A stretch of DNA of 64,000 nt, taken from NCBI GenBank assembly GCA_031415355.1, contig JANORN010000214.1:5732-69731 (forward strand), given 5' to 3'. Shown piece by piece: positions 50,996 through 59,704 of this stretch. The notes under the pieces were generated by a model. That model was not told the DNA's origin. It searched no databases and saw nothing but the letters and a program-made list of their open reading frames with translations. The position numbers were made by a program, and so were the translations under genes. Within the stretch, counting starts at the first letter, position 1, and each line of letters opens with the position of its first letter. This stretch comes from Novosphingobium sp. Lineage in GTDB: Bacteria > Pseudomonadota > Alphaproteobacteria > Sphingomonadales > Sphingomonadaceae.

Positions 50996-52285
50996 ATGGC
51001 AAATCCGACGTGCCTGCCGCAAAGACTTGAAGCGAACGACCTGTTGCGCAGCGAGTCCTATGCGGCAATGGATATCCTGAACGGTGTGGCTGAACGGTTT
51101 CCCGGTGCCGTTTCGCTGGCAGCCGGCCGTCCGCCCAGTGCGTTTCTTCCAGCCTCTCGCACAGCGGAACTGTTGCACCTGGCGGTCCGTTCTGCTGCGC
51201 TTCAAACCGGAGATCCGCTGGCGACTGCAATCGGCCAAGCTTGGATTCGCTTCGGCCAATATGCCGATACCGATGGAATCATTCAGGATGATCTGCGCCA
51301 ACTGTTGCACAAGCTTGAAGGCCTTGACGATCCAACGCTGGACATCCGTGTAACCAATGGCATTCAAGAAGCCTTGCTGGTGGAATGTGCGCACGCGGCA
51401 GCGCAAAACGGGGCAGTGCTCAGCTTCGACCCGGTCTATGCCGGATTGACGGGGGCTGCGGCAGCAACCGGGCTGCCGCTTTATGCCATACCCCGGGGGA
51501 GCGATCCTGCCGAAGCTATTGCGGCAGCGGTGCACTTGGCGCGCAAGCATACAGCCGGACCGCTCTTGCTGTATGTGATCCCCGATCACGATAATCCAAC
51601 TGGAACCTCGCTCAGCCTGGCTGAGCGGCATGACCTTGTTGCGCTTGCGCACCGCGAACAGTTGATTGTGCTGGAGGATACGGCTTATCGCCTGTTCAAT
51701 TACGATCACGCGCGACAACCCTCGCTGTTCGCCCTCGCGCATGCGGACACTGCGGTCATTTATCTGTCGAGCTTTTCGAAGACACTGATGCCAGGCGTTC
51801 GGATTGGCTTTGCCGTCCGGCGCCGGGGTGGCCAGTTTGATGCGCCCTATCTGGCTGCCCTGACCAACTTGAAAAGCTATATCAGCGTTACGTCTGCGCC
51901 GCTTGCTCAGGCCATAGTATCTGGCTTCTTGCAGGATTGCGGATACGATCTTGACCAAGCAAATCAAGCAAAGCGTGCGCATTGCCGGGCCAATCGCGAT
52001 GCATTGGCGGCAAGGCTTCAGGCTCTACTGCCAGCGGCGCACTGCACGTTTCGGATTCCTGAAGGTGGCTTCTTCCTGACCCTTGATGTCGGTATGGACT
52101 GTGGCAGGGCAGAAATGGAGCGCGCCGCTCGCGACTATTCGGTGATTTTCATCCCGATGGGTTTGTTTTCACCAACCGGGCAAGGGCGACGGCAGATTCG
52201 CCTGTCCTTCAGTGCCGGATCACCCTCTGACATGGCCACCGGCGCAGAACGCTTGGCCGCATTTCTCGCCGACCAGGCCAGCTAA
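50996..52285 (+). CDS. PLP class I/II aminotransferase (hydroxyphenylglycine transaminase HpgT-like)
   Basis: M..LN....FP.AVSLAAGRP, QY....GII, PD..NPTG, ED.AY, SFSKT..PG.RIG, P.GGFF, IRLSFS. Confidence 0.85.
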   Translation: MANPTCLPQRLEANDLLRSESYAAMDILNGVAERFPGAVSLAAGRPPSAFLPASRTAELLHLAVRSAALQTGDPLATAIGQAWIRFGQYADTDGIIQDDLRQLLHKLEGLDDPTLDIRVTNGIQEALLVECAHAAAQNGAVLSFDPVYAGLTGAAAATGLPLYAIPRGSDPAEAIAAAVHLARKHTAGPLLLYVIPDHDNPTGTSLSLAERHDLVALAHREQLIVLEDTAYRLFNYDHARQPSLFALAHADTAVIYLSSFSKTLMPGVRIGFAVRRRGGQFDAPYLAALTNLKSYISVTSAPLAQAIVSGFLQDCGYDLDQANQAKRAHCRANRDALAARLQALLPAAHCTFRIPEGGFFLTLDVGMDCGRAEMERAARDYSVIFIPMGLFSPTGQGRRQIRLSFSAGSPSDMATGAERLAAFLADQAS

Positions 52286-52531
52286 TTAGCAATTCGTCAC
52301 ATAGCCGAATAGTCATCCGGTGCCTCGCGGTTTGCTGCCCGAAATTTTTCGAAGTTCTGTTATATAGAAATTCCGAGGATAAATCTTACGCTCGCATGAA
52401 CTCAACATAATAAATATATTATTAGATTCAGCCCCTTCTATTTGTGAGGCGTATTCTATTTGATGAGATTTGTGATTGGTGCTATTTAAATGTATCTTGA
52501 TTGAATCTTACATCGGTAATGGGAGGCTCTC

Positions 52532-52948
52532 ATGAAGGGTGAACTTACGACGGATGATTTCGTTGCGCTGTATCGCAAGGCTTCGGGTGATCGCAATTCA
52601 GCACTGCAAGCCTTGGCGGTGGAAGCCGCGCAGCAATTTAGTGTCGCAGAAGGAATGCGCGCCTATGCGGATGAGGCGGCTCGGCTAGTCGCCGATGAGG
52701 CAGCGTTGGGCGAATCTTTATCTATCAGGTTGAGTGAGGCTGCGGTTGGTGAAGCCCTCGCAATTGAAGCTGGAGAAACAGTTGCGGCCGAGGCTGCGGC
52801 GTCGCAGGTCGGTGAATTCGGCGTGGGTGAGGCGGTTGCGGTAATGGCAGCCGAAGCCTTGGCAGCGGAGGCTGCGGTTGGTGAGGCGATGGCCGCGGAA
52901 GCGATGGAGACCGCGCAGTCGATGCACCAGTTTCTGAGCAAGATCTGA
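52532..52948 (+). CDS. 138-aa Glu/Ala-rich repeat protein, candidate precursor/carrier
   Basis: GGGAGG RBS after an AT-rich intergenic stretch; EAAVGEA twice and about 5-residue Glu periodicity; no Cys, Trp or Pro. Confidence 0.8.
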   Translation: MKGELTTDDFVALYRKASGDRNSALQALAVEAAQQFSVAEGMRAYADEAARLVADEAALGESLSIRLSEAAVGEALAIEAGETVAAEAAASQVGEFGVGEAVAVMAAEALAAEAAVGEAMAAEAMETAQSMHQFLSKI

Positions 52949-52964
52949 TCCTGCATAACGCACT

Positions 52965-54317
52965 TTGTCAATGACCGTGCAAGCGCGTTCGGCTGCTGTC
53001 GAGTTCCGGGATCGGCTGGCGATCCAAACCGTTGCCTGGTGCCGTGCGCAATCTGCGTTCTATCGGCAGCATTGGTCTGAAATGCCCACATTCGGCGGGC
53101 TCAGTGACTTGCCGAGCTTGCCGATCTTGCGCCGCGAAGACATTGCACAGCATCATAGCGCGTTGCTTTGCGATCCCGGAGCACCGGCTTGCGTCCAGTA
53201 TACCACTGGAACCACGGGCACGTTCCTGCCGCTTTATCGCAGCCACGCGGAAGTGGCGTTTATTCAAGACTTCTACACCCGCAAGCTGCGCGATCAGCCA
53301 CTTTCCGCCGGAGCGTTGCAGCCGCTGCATCTGGCGTTGACCAGCGCTTATCACGGGTCAGCGACACCAATTCCCAGTGCTGCCTATATCGTCACAGCCG
53401 GGGTTTATGATCGGACTCAAGCGCAGCAGGCGGCAAATTTGCTGCAAACGTGCTTCGCTTTTCCGGGCGTGGAACCGCAGATATCTGTCGTCGTGGGCGG
53501 CGATTTGCTGGTCAAGGCGTTGACGGCTTACTTGATCGAAAACGGCATAGATCCCGCCGCACTGGGTGTTCGTTCGCTGGTGTTTACCGGCGGCTACACC
53601 ACCACACGTACCAAACAGCTGCTTGCCCGCCTCTGGCGCGCCTCGGTAATTGACCGGTTCAGCATGTCTGAAGTGTTCGGCGGCGCGGTGCAGGTCGTGC
53701 CCGGTGGGCCGTTCCTGTTCGACACCGAAGTCATCGCAGAAGTGCTCGATCCCGGCACTCTGCAACCAATTGAACGCGGTATCGGGGCGCTTGTCATGAC
53801 CAGCCTGTATCCCTTTTCCCAAATGATGCCGATGGTGCGCTATTACACCGGCGATCTGGTGGAAGTGGTGAGTGGAAGCCAATTCGACGCCGACTTGGCA
53901 GTCCGGTTTCGCGGCCGCGAACGACGTTCAATCATCGAGACCGGGCCGCTGGGAACCGTCCCGCTGTTGCTGGCGGCTGATCTTTACGATGTCCTGGAAG
54001 CGCTCCCTGATATCGCCGCCTCGCCGCGATTTGTCGGTCTGGCCAGCGCTTCGGCGCTCGAATTCGTCGGCAAGCTGCACTACGGTCTGGAGCATGACCG
54101 CGATCCGGCGGGCCAGGTGACGCGGATCACGCTGACCCTGGGCCTGCGCTATGCACCGTGGTTGCATCCAGATCGGGTTGCCAGCATTGCCACGATCATC
54201 CGAGCCGCCTTGTACGAACGGGCACCGGCCTTGCGCGAGCGCGTGCAAACAGGCAGCTTGGAACTGGTGATTTCACCGTTAACGGGCGACCAAGTCGCTC
54301 CATTCACCATGAAGTAG
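52965..54317 (+). CDS. PaaK/F390 synthetase-like adenylate-forming enzyme
   Basis: S.FYR.......L..LPIL, YTTGTTG, FSMSE, G.LV.TSL.....P.VRY.TGD, F.GR; start may be ATG 52971. Confidence 0.8.
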   Translation: MSMTVQARSAAVEFRDRLAIQTVAWCRAQSAFYRQHWSEMPTFGGLSDLPSLPILRREDIAQHHSALLCDPGAPACVQYTTGTTGTFLPLYRSHAEVAFIQDFYTRKLRDQPLSAGALQPLHLALTSAYHGSATPIPSAAYIVTAGVYDRTQAQQAANLLQTCFAFPGVEPQISVVVGGDLLVKALTAYLIENGIDPAALGVRSLVFTGGYTTTRTKQLLARLWRASVIDRFSMSEVFGGAVQVVPGGPFLFDTEVIAEVLDPGTLQPIERGIGALVMTSLYPFSQMMPMVRYYTGDLVEVVSGSQFDADLAVRFRGRERRSIIETGPLGTVPLLLAADLYDVLEALPDIAASPRFVGLASASALEFVGKLHYGLEHDRDPAGQVTRITLTLGLRYAPWLHPDRVASIATIIRAALYERAPALRERVQTGSLELVISPLTGDQVAPFTMK

Positions 54318-54321
54318 CCCG

Positions 54322-54909
54322 GTGGCCAGCAAACATCTACGGCGACTGCATCTGGTCCGCCATGCCGAATATATTGGATATTCGCGCAGCACCGCCCAGT
54401 TCATTGGCCGGACAGATCCGCCGCTTTCCAGTGCTGGCCAGGATCAAGCCAAGGCGTTTGGTGCCGCGAATCCAGACCTTAGCGGCATTCCGGTTTTTTC
54501 CAGCCCGGCCCAGCGCGCACGACAAACCGCCGAATTGGCGCTGCCCGCAGCTACAGCGCAAATCACTCCATCCGCGTTGGAGGGAGACTTTGGCGCATTG
54601 GAGGGGTTGACCGCGGCCGCAGCACTTCGCCTGTTTCCGGAACACTTTGCAGGCGCATCGGCGGCGTCCCGGTTTGACTACCGGGCCTTTGGCGGCGAGT
54701 GCCTGGCCGATCTGGTGTGCCGGGCCGATGCACTGCTGCACGAACTGCGCGATCACCACGAAGCTCTGGTGTTCAGTCATGGAATTTTCCTCAGCATATT
54801 GGCCCAGCGCGTGGTCGGCCAGGCGAACGCTATGGTTCCGCCGTTTGACTTGTGTATGCGGCTCAGCTTGCATCAAGCCAGAGTTGGCACATGGACGATC
54901 CAGCCCTGA
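54322..54909 (+). CDS. Histidine phosphatase (phosphoglycerate mutase family)
   Basis: LVRHA (RHG variant), D.PLS..G..QA, SSP..RA.QTA, E.DFG..EG, FSHG. Confidence 0.87.
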   Translation: MASKHLRRLHLVRHAEYIGYSRSTAQFIGRTDPPLSSAGQDQAKAFGAANPDLSGIPVFSSPAQRARQTAELALPAATAQITPSALEGDFGALEGLTAAAALRLFPEHFAGASAASRFDYRAFGGECLADLVCRADALLHELRDHHEALVFSHGIFLSILAQRVVGQANAMVPPFDLCMRLSLHQARVGTWTIQP

Positions 54910-55013
54910 TCCGCGCCGCACCGGTCTGCATCACACAATTGCCGCCGAACCCTGATAACGCTAAACAGGTCGCTTGCGTTTGCGCAGCGGACGGTATGGA
55001 AGAAGGACAATTG

Positions 55014-55880
55014 ATGAGCGAAAAGACCGACAAGCGGCTCAATCGGCGGCGCTTTTACAAGGCCGACCAAGAAGCTGCCTTCGCGGAAGCGCAGCCGCAC
55101 ACCACGCCCCAGACACAGGATGTTTCTGGGGCGGCCTATCGCGATACCGATTTCCTGCTGCGCGACGAACTGCGCCCGGTGCGGTTCCAGCTGGAGCTGC
55201 TGAAGTGCGAAATGCTGTTGGAAGAGGCCAAGATCGGCTCGACTCTGGTCTGCTATGGCTCAGCCCGGATCCCTTCACCGGAGGCGGCGCAGGAGGCGCT
55301 GAAGACCGCAACCACGCCAGAGCGGATGGCCGTGGTCGAACGGCTGGTAGCCAATTCAAAGTATTATGACGAAGCGCGGCAACTGGCACGGATTGCCAGC
55401 GAATGCGCGATTGTTGAAAACGGGATGCGGCAATTCGTGATTTGTTCGGGCGGCGGCCCTTCGATCATGGAGGCGGCCAATCGCGGCGCGCAGGACGTCG
55501 GGGCCGAATCGATCGGGCTCAATATTGTCCTGCCGCATGAACAAGCCCCCAACGCCTATGTCACCCCGCATTTGTCGTTCCAGTTCCACTATTTCGCGCT
55601 GCGCAAAATGCACTTCCTGCTGCGCGCCAAGGCGGTTGCAGTGTTCCCCGGCGGATTCGGCACGCTTGATGAATTCATGGAACTGCTGACCTTGATCCAG
55701 ACCGGCAAGATGAAGCCGATCCCGATCCTGCTGTTCGGCCAGGAGTTCTGGAACCGGGTGATCAACTTCCAGGCGCTGGCCGAAGAAGGCGTGATCAACT
55801 TCGAAGACCTGAAGCTCTTCCATTGGGTAGAAACAGCTGAGGACGCCTGGGCGAAGGTCGTGGAGTTTTACGAGCTTTGA
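55014..55880 (+). CDS. LOG family (TIGR00730-like) nucleotide hydrolase
   Basis: GSAR, GGGPSIMEAANRGA, PGGFGTLDE. Confidence 0.9.
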   Translation: MSEKTDKRLNRRRFYKADQEAAFAEAQPHTTPQTQDVSGAAYRDTDFLLRDELRPVRFQLELLKCEMLLEEAKIGSTLVCYGSARIPSPEAAQEALKTATTPERMAVVERLVANSKYYDEARQLARIASECAIVENGMRQFVICSGGGPSIMEAANRGAQDVGAESIGLNIVLPHEQAPNAYVTPHLSFQFHYFALRKMHFLLRAKAVAVFPGGFGTLDEFMELLTLIQTGKMKPIPILLFGQEFWNRVINFQALAEEGVINFEDLKLFHWVETAEDAWAKVVEFYEL

Positions 55881-55885
55881 CGATG

Positions 55886-56044
55886 ATCCTTCCCATTTTT
55901 CCTGAGCTTGTCGAAGGGCAAATGGGAAGGTGGCAGCGCAAAGTGCTGACGGAGGGGTATTGCGGCGAGGCCGAAACCCCTCCGTCTCGCCCTGACGGGC
56001 GATCCACCTCCCCAATTGTGTCATTCGTAAAAAATGGGAAGGAT
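55886..56044. repeat. Composite palindromic intergenic element
   Basis: 15-bp terminal inverted repeat atccttcccattttt / aaaaatgggaaggat; inner stem gacggagggg/cccctccgtc; contains the REP half cctgagcttgtcgaagg. Confidence 0.8.
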
Positions 56045-56796
56045 TAAGGCTTTAACGCAGCGTGGCCCAGCGGGCCGTGGCCTGCACCAAAGCCCGGGGC
56101 GGCGAGCAGCGCGGCGCGGACGAATTGACGCCCGCGATCCACCGCATCGGCCAAACTTGCGCCGCGCCCCAGCTCGGTCGCAATGGCGCTGGCCAAGGTG
56201 CAGCCGGTGCCGTGGGTGTGGCGGGTGGCGATGCGTGGGACCTGCCACACGCGATCAGGCTGTCCGGAACTGACCAGCCGGTCTTCCACGACCGCGCCCA
56301 CCGCATCACCGCCTTTGGCCAGATAGGCGACCCCGCGCGCGCGCATTGCGGCGTGACCGCCCAGCGCCGCCAGCTCCGCAACGTTGGGTGTGACAACCGT
56401 CGCCAGCGCCATCAGCCGCTCAAACGCGGCGATAGTTTCCGCGTCGGCCAGCGCCGCGCCGCTGGTGGCGATCATCACCGGGTCGAACACGATGGGCACG
56501 GACAGCTGCGCAAGCCGGTCTGCGACCACGGCGGCAATCGCAGCCGATCCCAGCATCCCGATCTTGATGGCATCCACGCCGATGTCGCCGATGCAGGCAT
56601 CGATTTGCGCGGCGACCAGTTCGGGCGAGAGTATTTGAGCCGCGCTGACCCCCAGCGTGTTCTGCGCAGTGATCGCGGTGATCGCAGTCATGGCATAGCC
56701 GCCGAGCATGGTGATGGTTTTGATGTCAGCCTGGATCCCCGCGCCGCCCGAGCTGTCGGACCCGGCGATGGACAGGATGCGCGGTGGCATGGTCAT
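56044..56796 (-). CDS. thiD: Hydroxymethylpyrimidine/phosphomethylpyrimidine kinase
   Basis: IAGSDSSGGAGIQAD, TAQNT, KIGML, DPVM, HTHGTGCT. Confidence 0.95.
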   Translation of the reverse strand: MTMPPRILSIAGSDSSGGAGIQADIKTITMLGGYAMTAITAITAQNTLGVSAAQILSPELVAAQIDACIGDIGVDAIKIGMLGSAAIAAVVADRLAQLSVPIVFDPVMIATSGAALADAETIAAFERLMALATVVTPNVAELAALGGHAAMRARGVAYLAKGGDAVGAVVEDRLVSSGQPDRVWQVPRIATRHTHGTGCTLASAIATELGRGASLADAVDRGRQFVRAALLAAPGFGAGHGPLGHAALKP

Positions 56797-57017
56797 CCCT
56801 TAAACTTCCGCATCTGCGACGGCGGATTGTTCGCATGCAACGCCTTGGCCCGGCTCGGACGGTCCAGTAGTTCGCCGCCGCAATTGGGGCAGCGATCATC
56901 CAACACCTCGGCGCAGTCCGTGCAGAAGGTGCATTCGAACGAGCAGATGAACGCGCCGGGGACTTCGGCGGGTAAGTCTGTGCCGCAGCGTTCGCAATCG
57001 GGGCGCATCTCCAGCAT
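56793..57017 (-). CDS. DUF1272 Cys-rich small protein
   Basis: MLEMRP.CE.C, ICSFECTFC, CPNCGGEL. Confidence 0.88.
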   Translation of the reverse strand: MLEMRPDCERCGTDLPAEVPGAFICSFECTFCTDCAEVLDDRCPNCGGELLDRPSRAKALHANNPPSQMRKFKG

Positions 57018-58357
57018 CAGGCGGCGGCCGCGCGCACGGCGTCGCAGATCGTATCGACCACGCTGTCAACCTGCGCGGCATCATCGCCCTCGGCCATCAC
57101 CCGGATCACCGGTTCGGTGCCCGACGGCCGGATCACCAGGCGGCCTTTGCCGACCAGCGCCGCCGCGGCCGCGGCAAACACGGCGTGGACCCGCAAGTCC
57201 TCCAGCGGCTTGCCGCCTGCGAACCGAACATTTTTCAGCAGCTGCGGCACCGGATCGAACAGGTGCAACAGCTCGCTCGCCTGCTGGCCAGACTGCACCA
57301 GCGCCGCCAGCACTTGCAGCGCGGCCACGGTGCCATCTCCCGTAGTGGCGTGATCGAGCAGGATGATGTGGCCGGATTGTTCGCCGCCGACATTATAGCC
57401 GCCCGCTTTCATCGCTTCGAGGACGTGGCGATCACCGACTTTGGTGCGGATCAGATCGATGCCCTTGCTCGTCAAAAAGCGTTCGAGCCCCAGGTTGGAC
57501 ATCACCGTGGCGACCACGCCATTGCCCTTCAAGCGCCCTAGCGCGGCCCACTGGCTGCCGATCAGCGCCATCAACTGGTCACCGTCGACCGTCTGCCCAT
57601 GTTCGTCGACCACGATCAAGCGGTCGGCGTCGCCGTCAAGCGCGATTCCGATGTCAGCACCGCTGGCCACGACGGTTTCCTTGATCAGGTCGAGATGGGT
57701 GGAGCCCACCTTGTCATTGATGTTGGTGCCATTGGGCTGGACCCCGATGGCGATCACTTCCGCGCCCAATTCCCACATCGCCGATGGCGCGACCTGGTAG
57801 GCTGCACCATTGGCGCAATCGACCACGATCTTCAGCCCGTCGAGGCGGATGTTATCGGGCAGCGAGCCCTTGATCGCGTGCATATAGCGCCCGCGCGCGT
57901 CATCGATCCGGCGCGCCCGCCCGATCAGCGGGGCGGGGGCGAGCGGCAGATCCTGCCCGATCAGCGCTTCGATCGCCAGTTCGTCATCGTCTGACAGTTT
58001 GAACCCGTCGGGCCCGAACAGCTTGATCCCGTTGTCTTCATACGGATTGTGGCTGGCCGACAGCATCACGCCGACATCGGCGCGCATTTCGCGGGTCAGC
58101 ATCGCCACGGCAGGTGTCGGCATCGGGCCGAGCAGGACCACGTCCATCCCCACGCTGGTAAATCCGGCGACCATTGCGCTTTCCAGCATATAGCCCGACA
58201 GCCGCGTGTCCTTGCCGATCACCACCCGGTGGCGGTGCTTGCCGCGCAGAAAATGCGTACCCGCCGCTTGCCCTACTTTCATCGCAGTAGCGGCGGTCAT
58301 CACCGCAGCATTGGTGCGCCCGCGAATGCCGTCGGTGCCGAAATATTGCCTGCCCAT
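57017..58357 (-). CDS. glmM: Phosphoglucosamine mutase
   Basis: [33 protein letters not shown]. Confidence 0.97.
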   Translation of the reverse strand: MGRQYFGTDGIRGRTNAAVMTAATAMKVGQAAGTHFLRGKHRHRVVIGKDTRLSGYMLESAMVAGFTSVGMDVVLLGPMPTPAVAMLTREMRADVGVMLSASHNPYEDNGIKLFGPDGFKLSDDDELAIEALIGQDLPLAPAPLIGRARRIDDARGRYMHAIKGSLPDNIRLDGLKIVVDCANGAAYQVAPSAMWELGAEVIAIGVQPNGTNINDKVGSTHLDLIKETVVASGADIGIALDGDADRLIVVDEHGQTVDGDQLMALIGSQWAALGRLKGNGVVATVMSNLGLERFLTSKGIDLIRTKVGDRHVLEAMKAGGYNVGGEQSGHIILLDHATTGDGTVAALQVLAALVQSGQQASELLHLFDPVPQLLKNVRFAGGKPLEDLRVHAVFAAAAAALVGKGRLVIRPSGTEPVIRVMAEGDDAAQVDSVVDTICDAVRAAAA

Positions 58358-58447
58358 CGCGCGCCCTTAGCCTCATGATCCTTGTGAAATTGCTATGTCG
58401 CGCCGACGCGCTAATGTCACCCCTGCAAACGAGACCAGGGGCACTGC

Positions 58448-59704
58448 ATGACCGCGCAAACTTCACCTTCAGGCTTTCCAGAAATCCGCGTGCCGGCCGC
58501 CTTGACCTTTGCCGGGTTGGTGCTGGGCTTTGCGGTGGGGGCGCTGCTGCGTGGGACGCCGACGCTGGCGGCAATCCTGCAAGTAGCCGAACCGCTGGGC
58601 AAGTTGTGGCTGCAAGCCTTGCAGCTGACAATCCTGCCACTGGTGATCGGGCTGGTCTATACCGGTATTTCGCAGACGCTCGCGGCGGCGAACGGCGGGG
58701 CGCTGGCGCGGCGCGCGGTGACGTTGTTCGTGATCGTGCTGCTGTTCAGCGGGACGATGTCGGCGTTGTTCGTGCCTACGTTGCTGGGGGTCTGGCCGAT
58801 TCCCGACGGTGCGGCGACGGCGCTGAGCGGCGGCGGCGCGGCGGATCCGGGCAAAGTACCCGGCTTTGCGGAAATTCTGGCGGCGATGATGCCGAACAAT
58901 ATCTTTGCAGCGGCCACTGCCGGGGCGATGCTGCCGCTGGTGCTGTTCGTGGCGCTGTTCGCGCTGGCCGCAACGCGGATCGCCGAAGCACCGCGCCGCC
59001 AGTTGGCGCTGGTGTTTGAAGGGCTGGCGGCAGCGATGATGGTGATGGTTGGCTGGGTGCTATTGCTTGCCCCGATCGGCGTGTTCGGGCTGGCCGTCAC
59101 GCTTGGCGCGAGCAGCGGCGCGGAGGCGATCCAGGGCTTGGCGCATTACATTCTGGTGGTCAGCGCCGCCGGGGCGGTGGTGCTGGTCTGCGGCTATGTT
59201 TTGGCACTCACGCTGGGCGGGCAACGGCTGGGCGCGTTTTCGCGCGCCATGCTGCCGGTTCACGCCGTGGCGATCTCCACCCAGTCCTCGCTCGCCAGTC
59301 TGCCCGCAATGCTGGTCGCGGCGCGCAAATTGGGCGTGCGCGAATCGACCGCCGATTTTGCTTTGCCGCTGGCCGTCGCGATTTTCCGCGCGACCAGCCC
59401 GGCGATGAACATGGGGGTGGCGATTTACGCGGCGCACTTGATGGGCGTCCCGCTGACCCCGGCGGCGCTGGCGGCGGGGGTGCTGGTGGCGTTTCTAGTC
59501 TCGCTCAGCTCGGTCTCACTGCCCGGAACGCTCAGCTTCGTGATTTCGGTCGGGCCGATTGCGATGGCGATGGGGGTGCCGATCACCCCGCTGGCGCTGC
59601 TGGTGGCAGTGGAAATGCTGCCCGATATCATGCGCACGCTGGGCAATGTGACGCTGGACGTGGCAGTGACGACAGCGGTGGATCGGCGGAGCGAGGAGGG
59701 CTAA
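58448..59704 (+). CDS. Dicarboxylate/amino acid:cation symporter (DAACS family)
   Basis: STQSSLASLP hairpin, D..RT..NV motif, multiple TMs. Confidence 0.9.
   Translation: MTAQTSPSGFPEIRVPAALTFAGLVLGFAVGALLRGTPTLAAILQVAEPLGKLWLQALQLTILPLVIGLVYTGISQTLAAANGGALARRAVTLFVIVLLFSGTMSALFVPTLLGVWPIPDGAATALSGGGAADPGKVPGFAEILAAMMPNNIFAAATAGAMLPLVLFVALFALAATRIAEAPRRQLALVFEGLAAAMMVMVGWVLLLAPIGVFGLAVTLGASSGAEAIQGLAHYILVVSAAGAVVLVCGYVLALTLGGQRLGAFSRAMLPVHAVAISTQSSLASLPAMLVAARKLGVRESTADFALPLAVAIFRATSPAMNMGVAIYAAHLMGVPLTPAALAAGVLVAFLVSLSSVSLPGTLSFVISVGPIAMAMGVPITPLALLVAVEMLPDIMRTLGNVTLDVAVTTAVDRRSEEG

Noticed and set aside
34798-52285. Sulfazecin-type monobactam or glycopeptide cluster
   Set aside because: No sulfotransferase or diaminopropionate-synthesis genes, no P450s or X domain, and only four modules.
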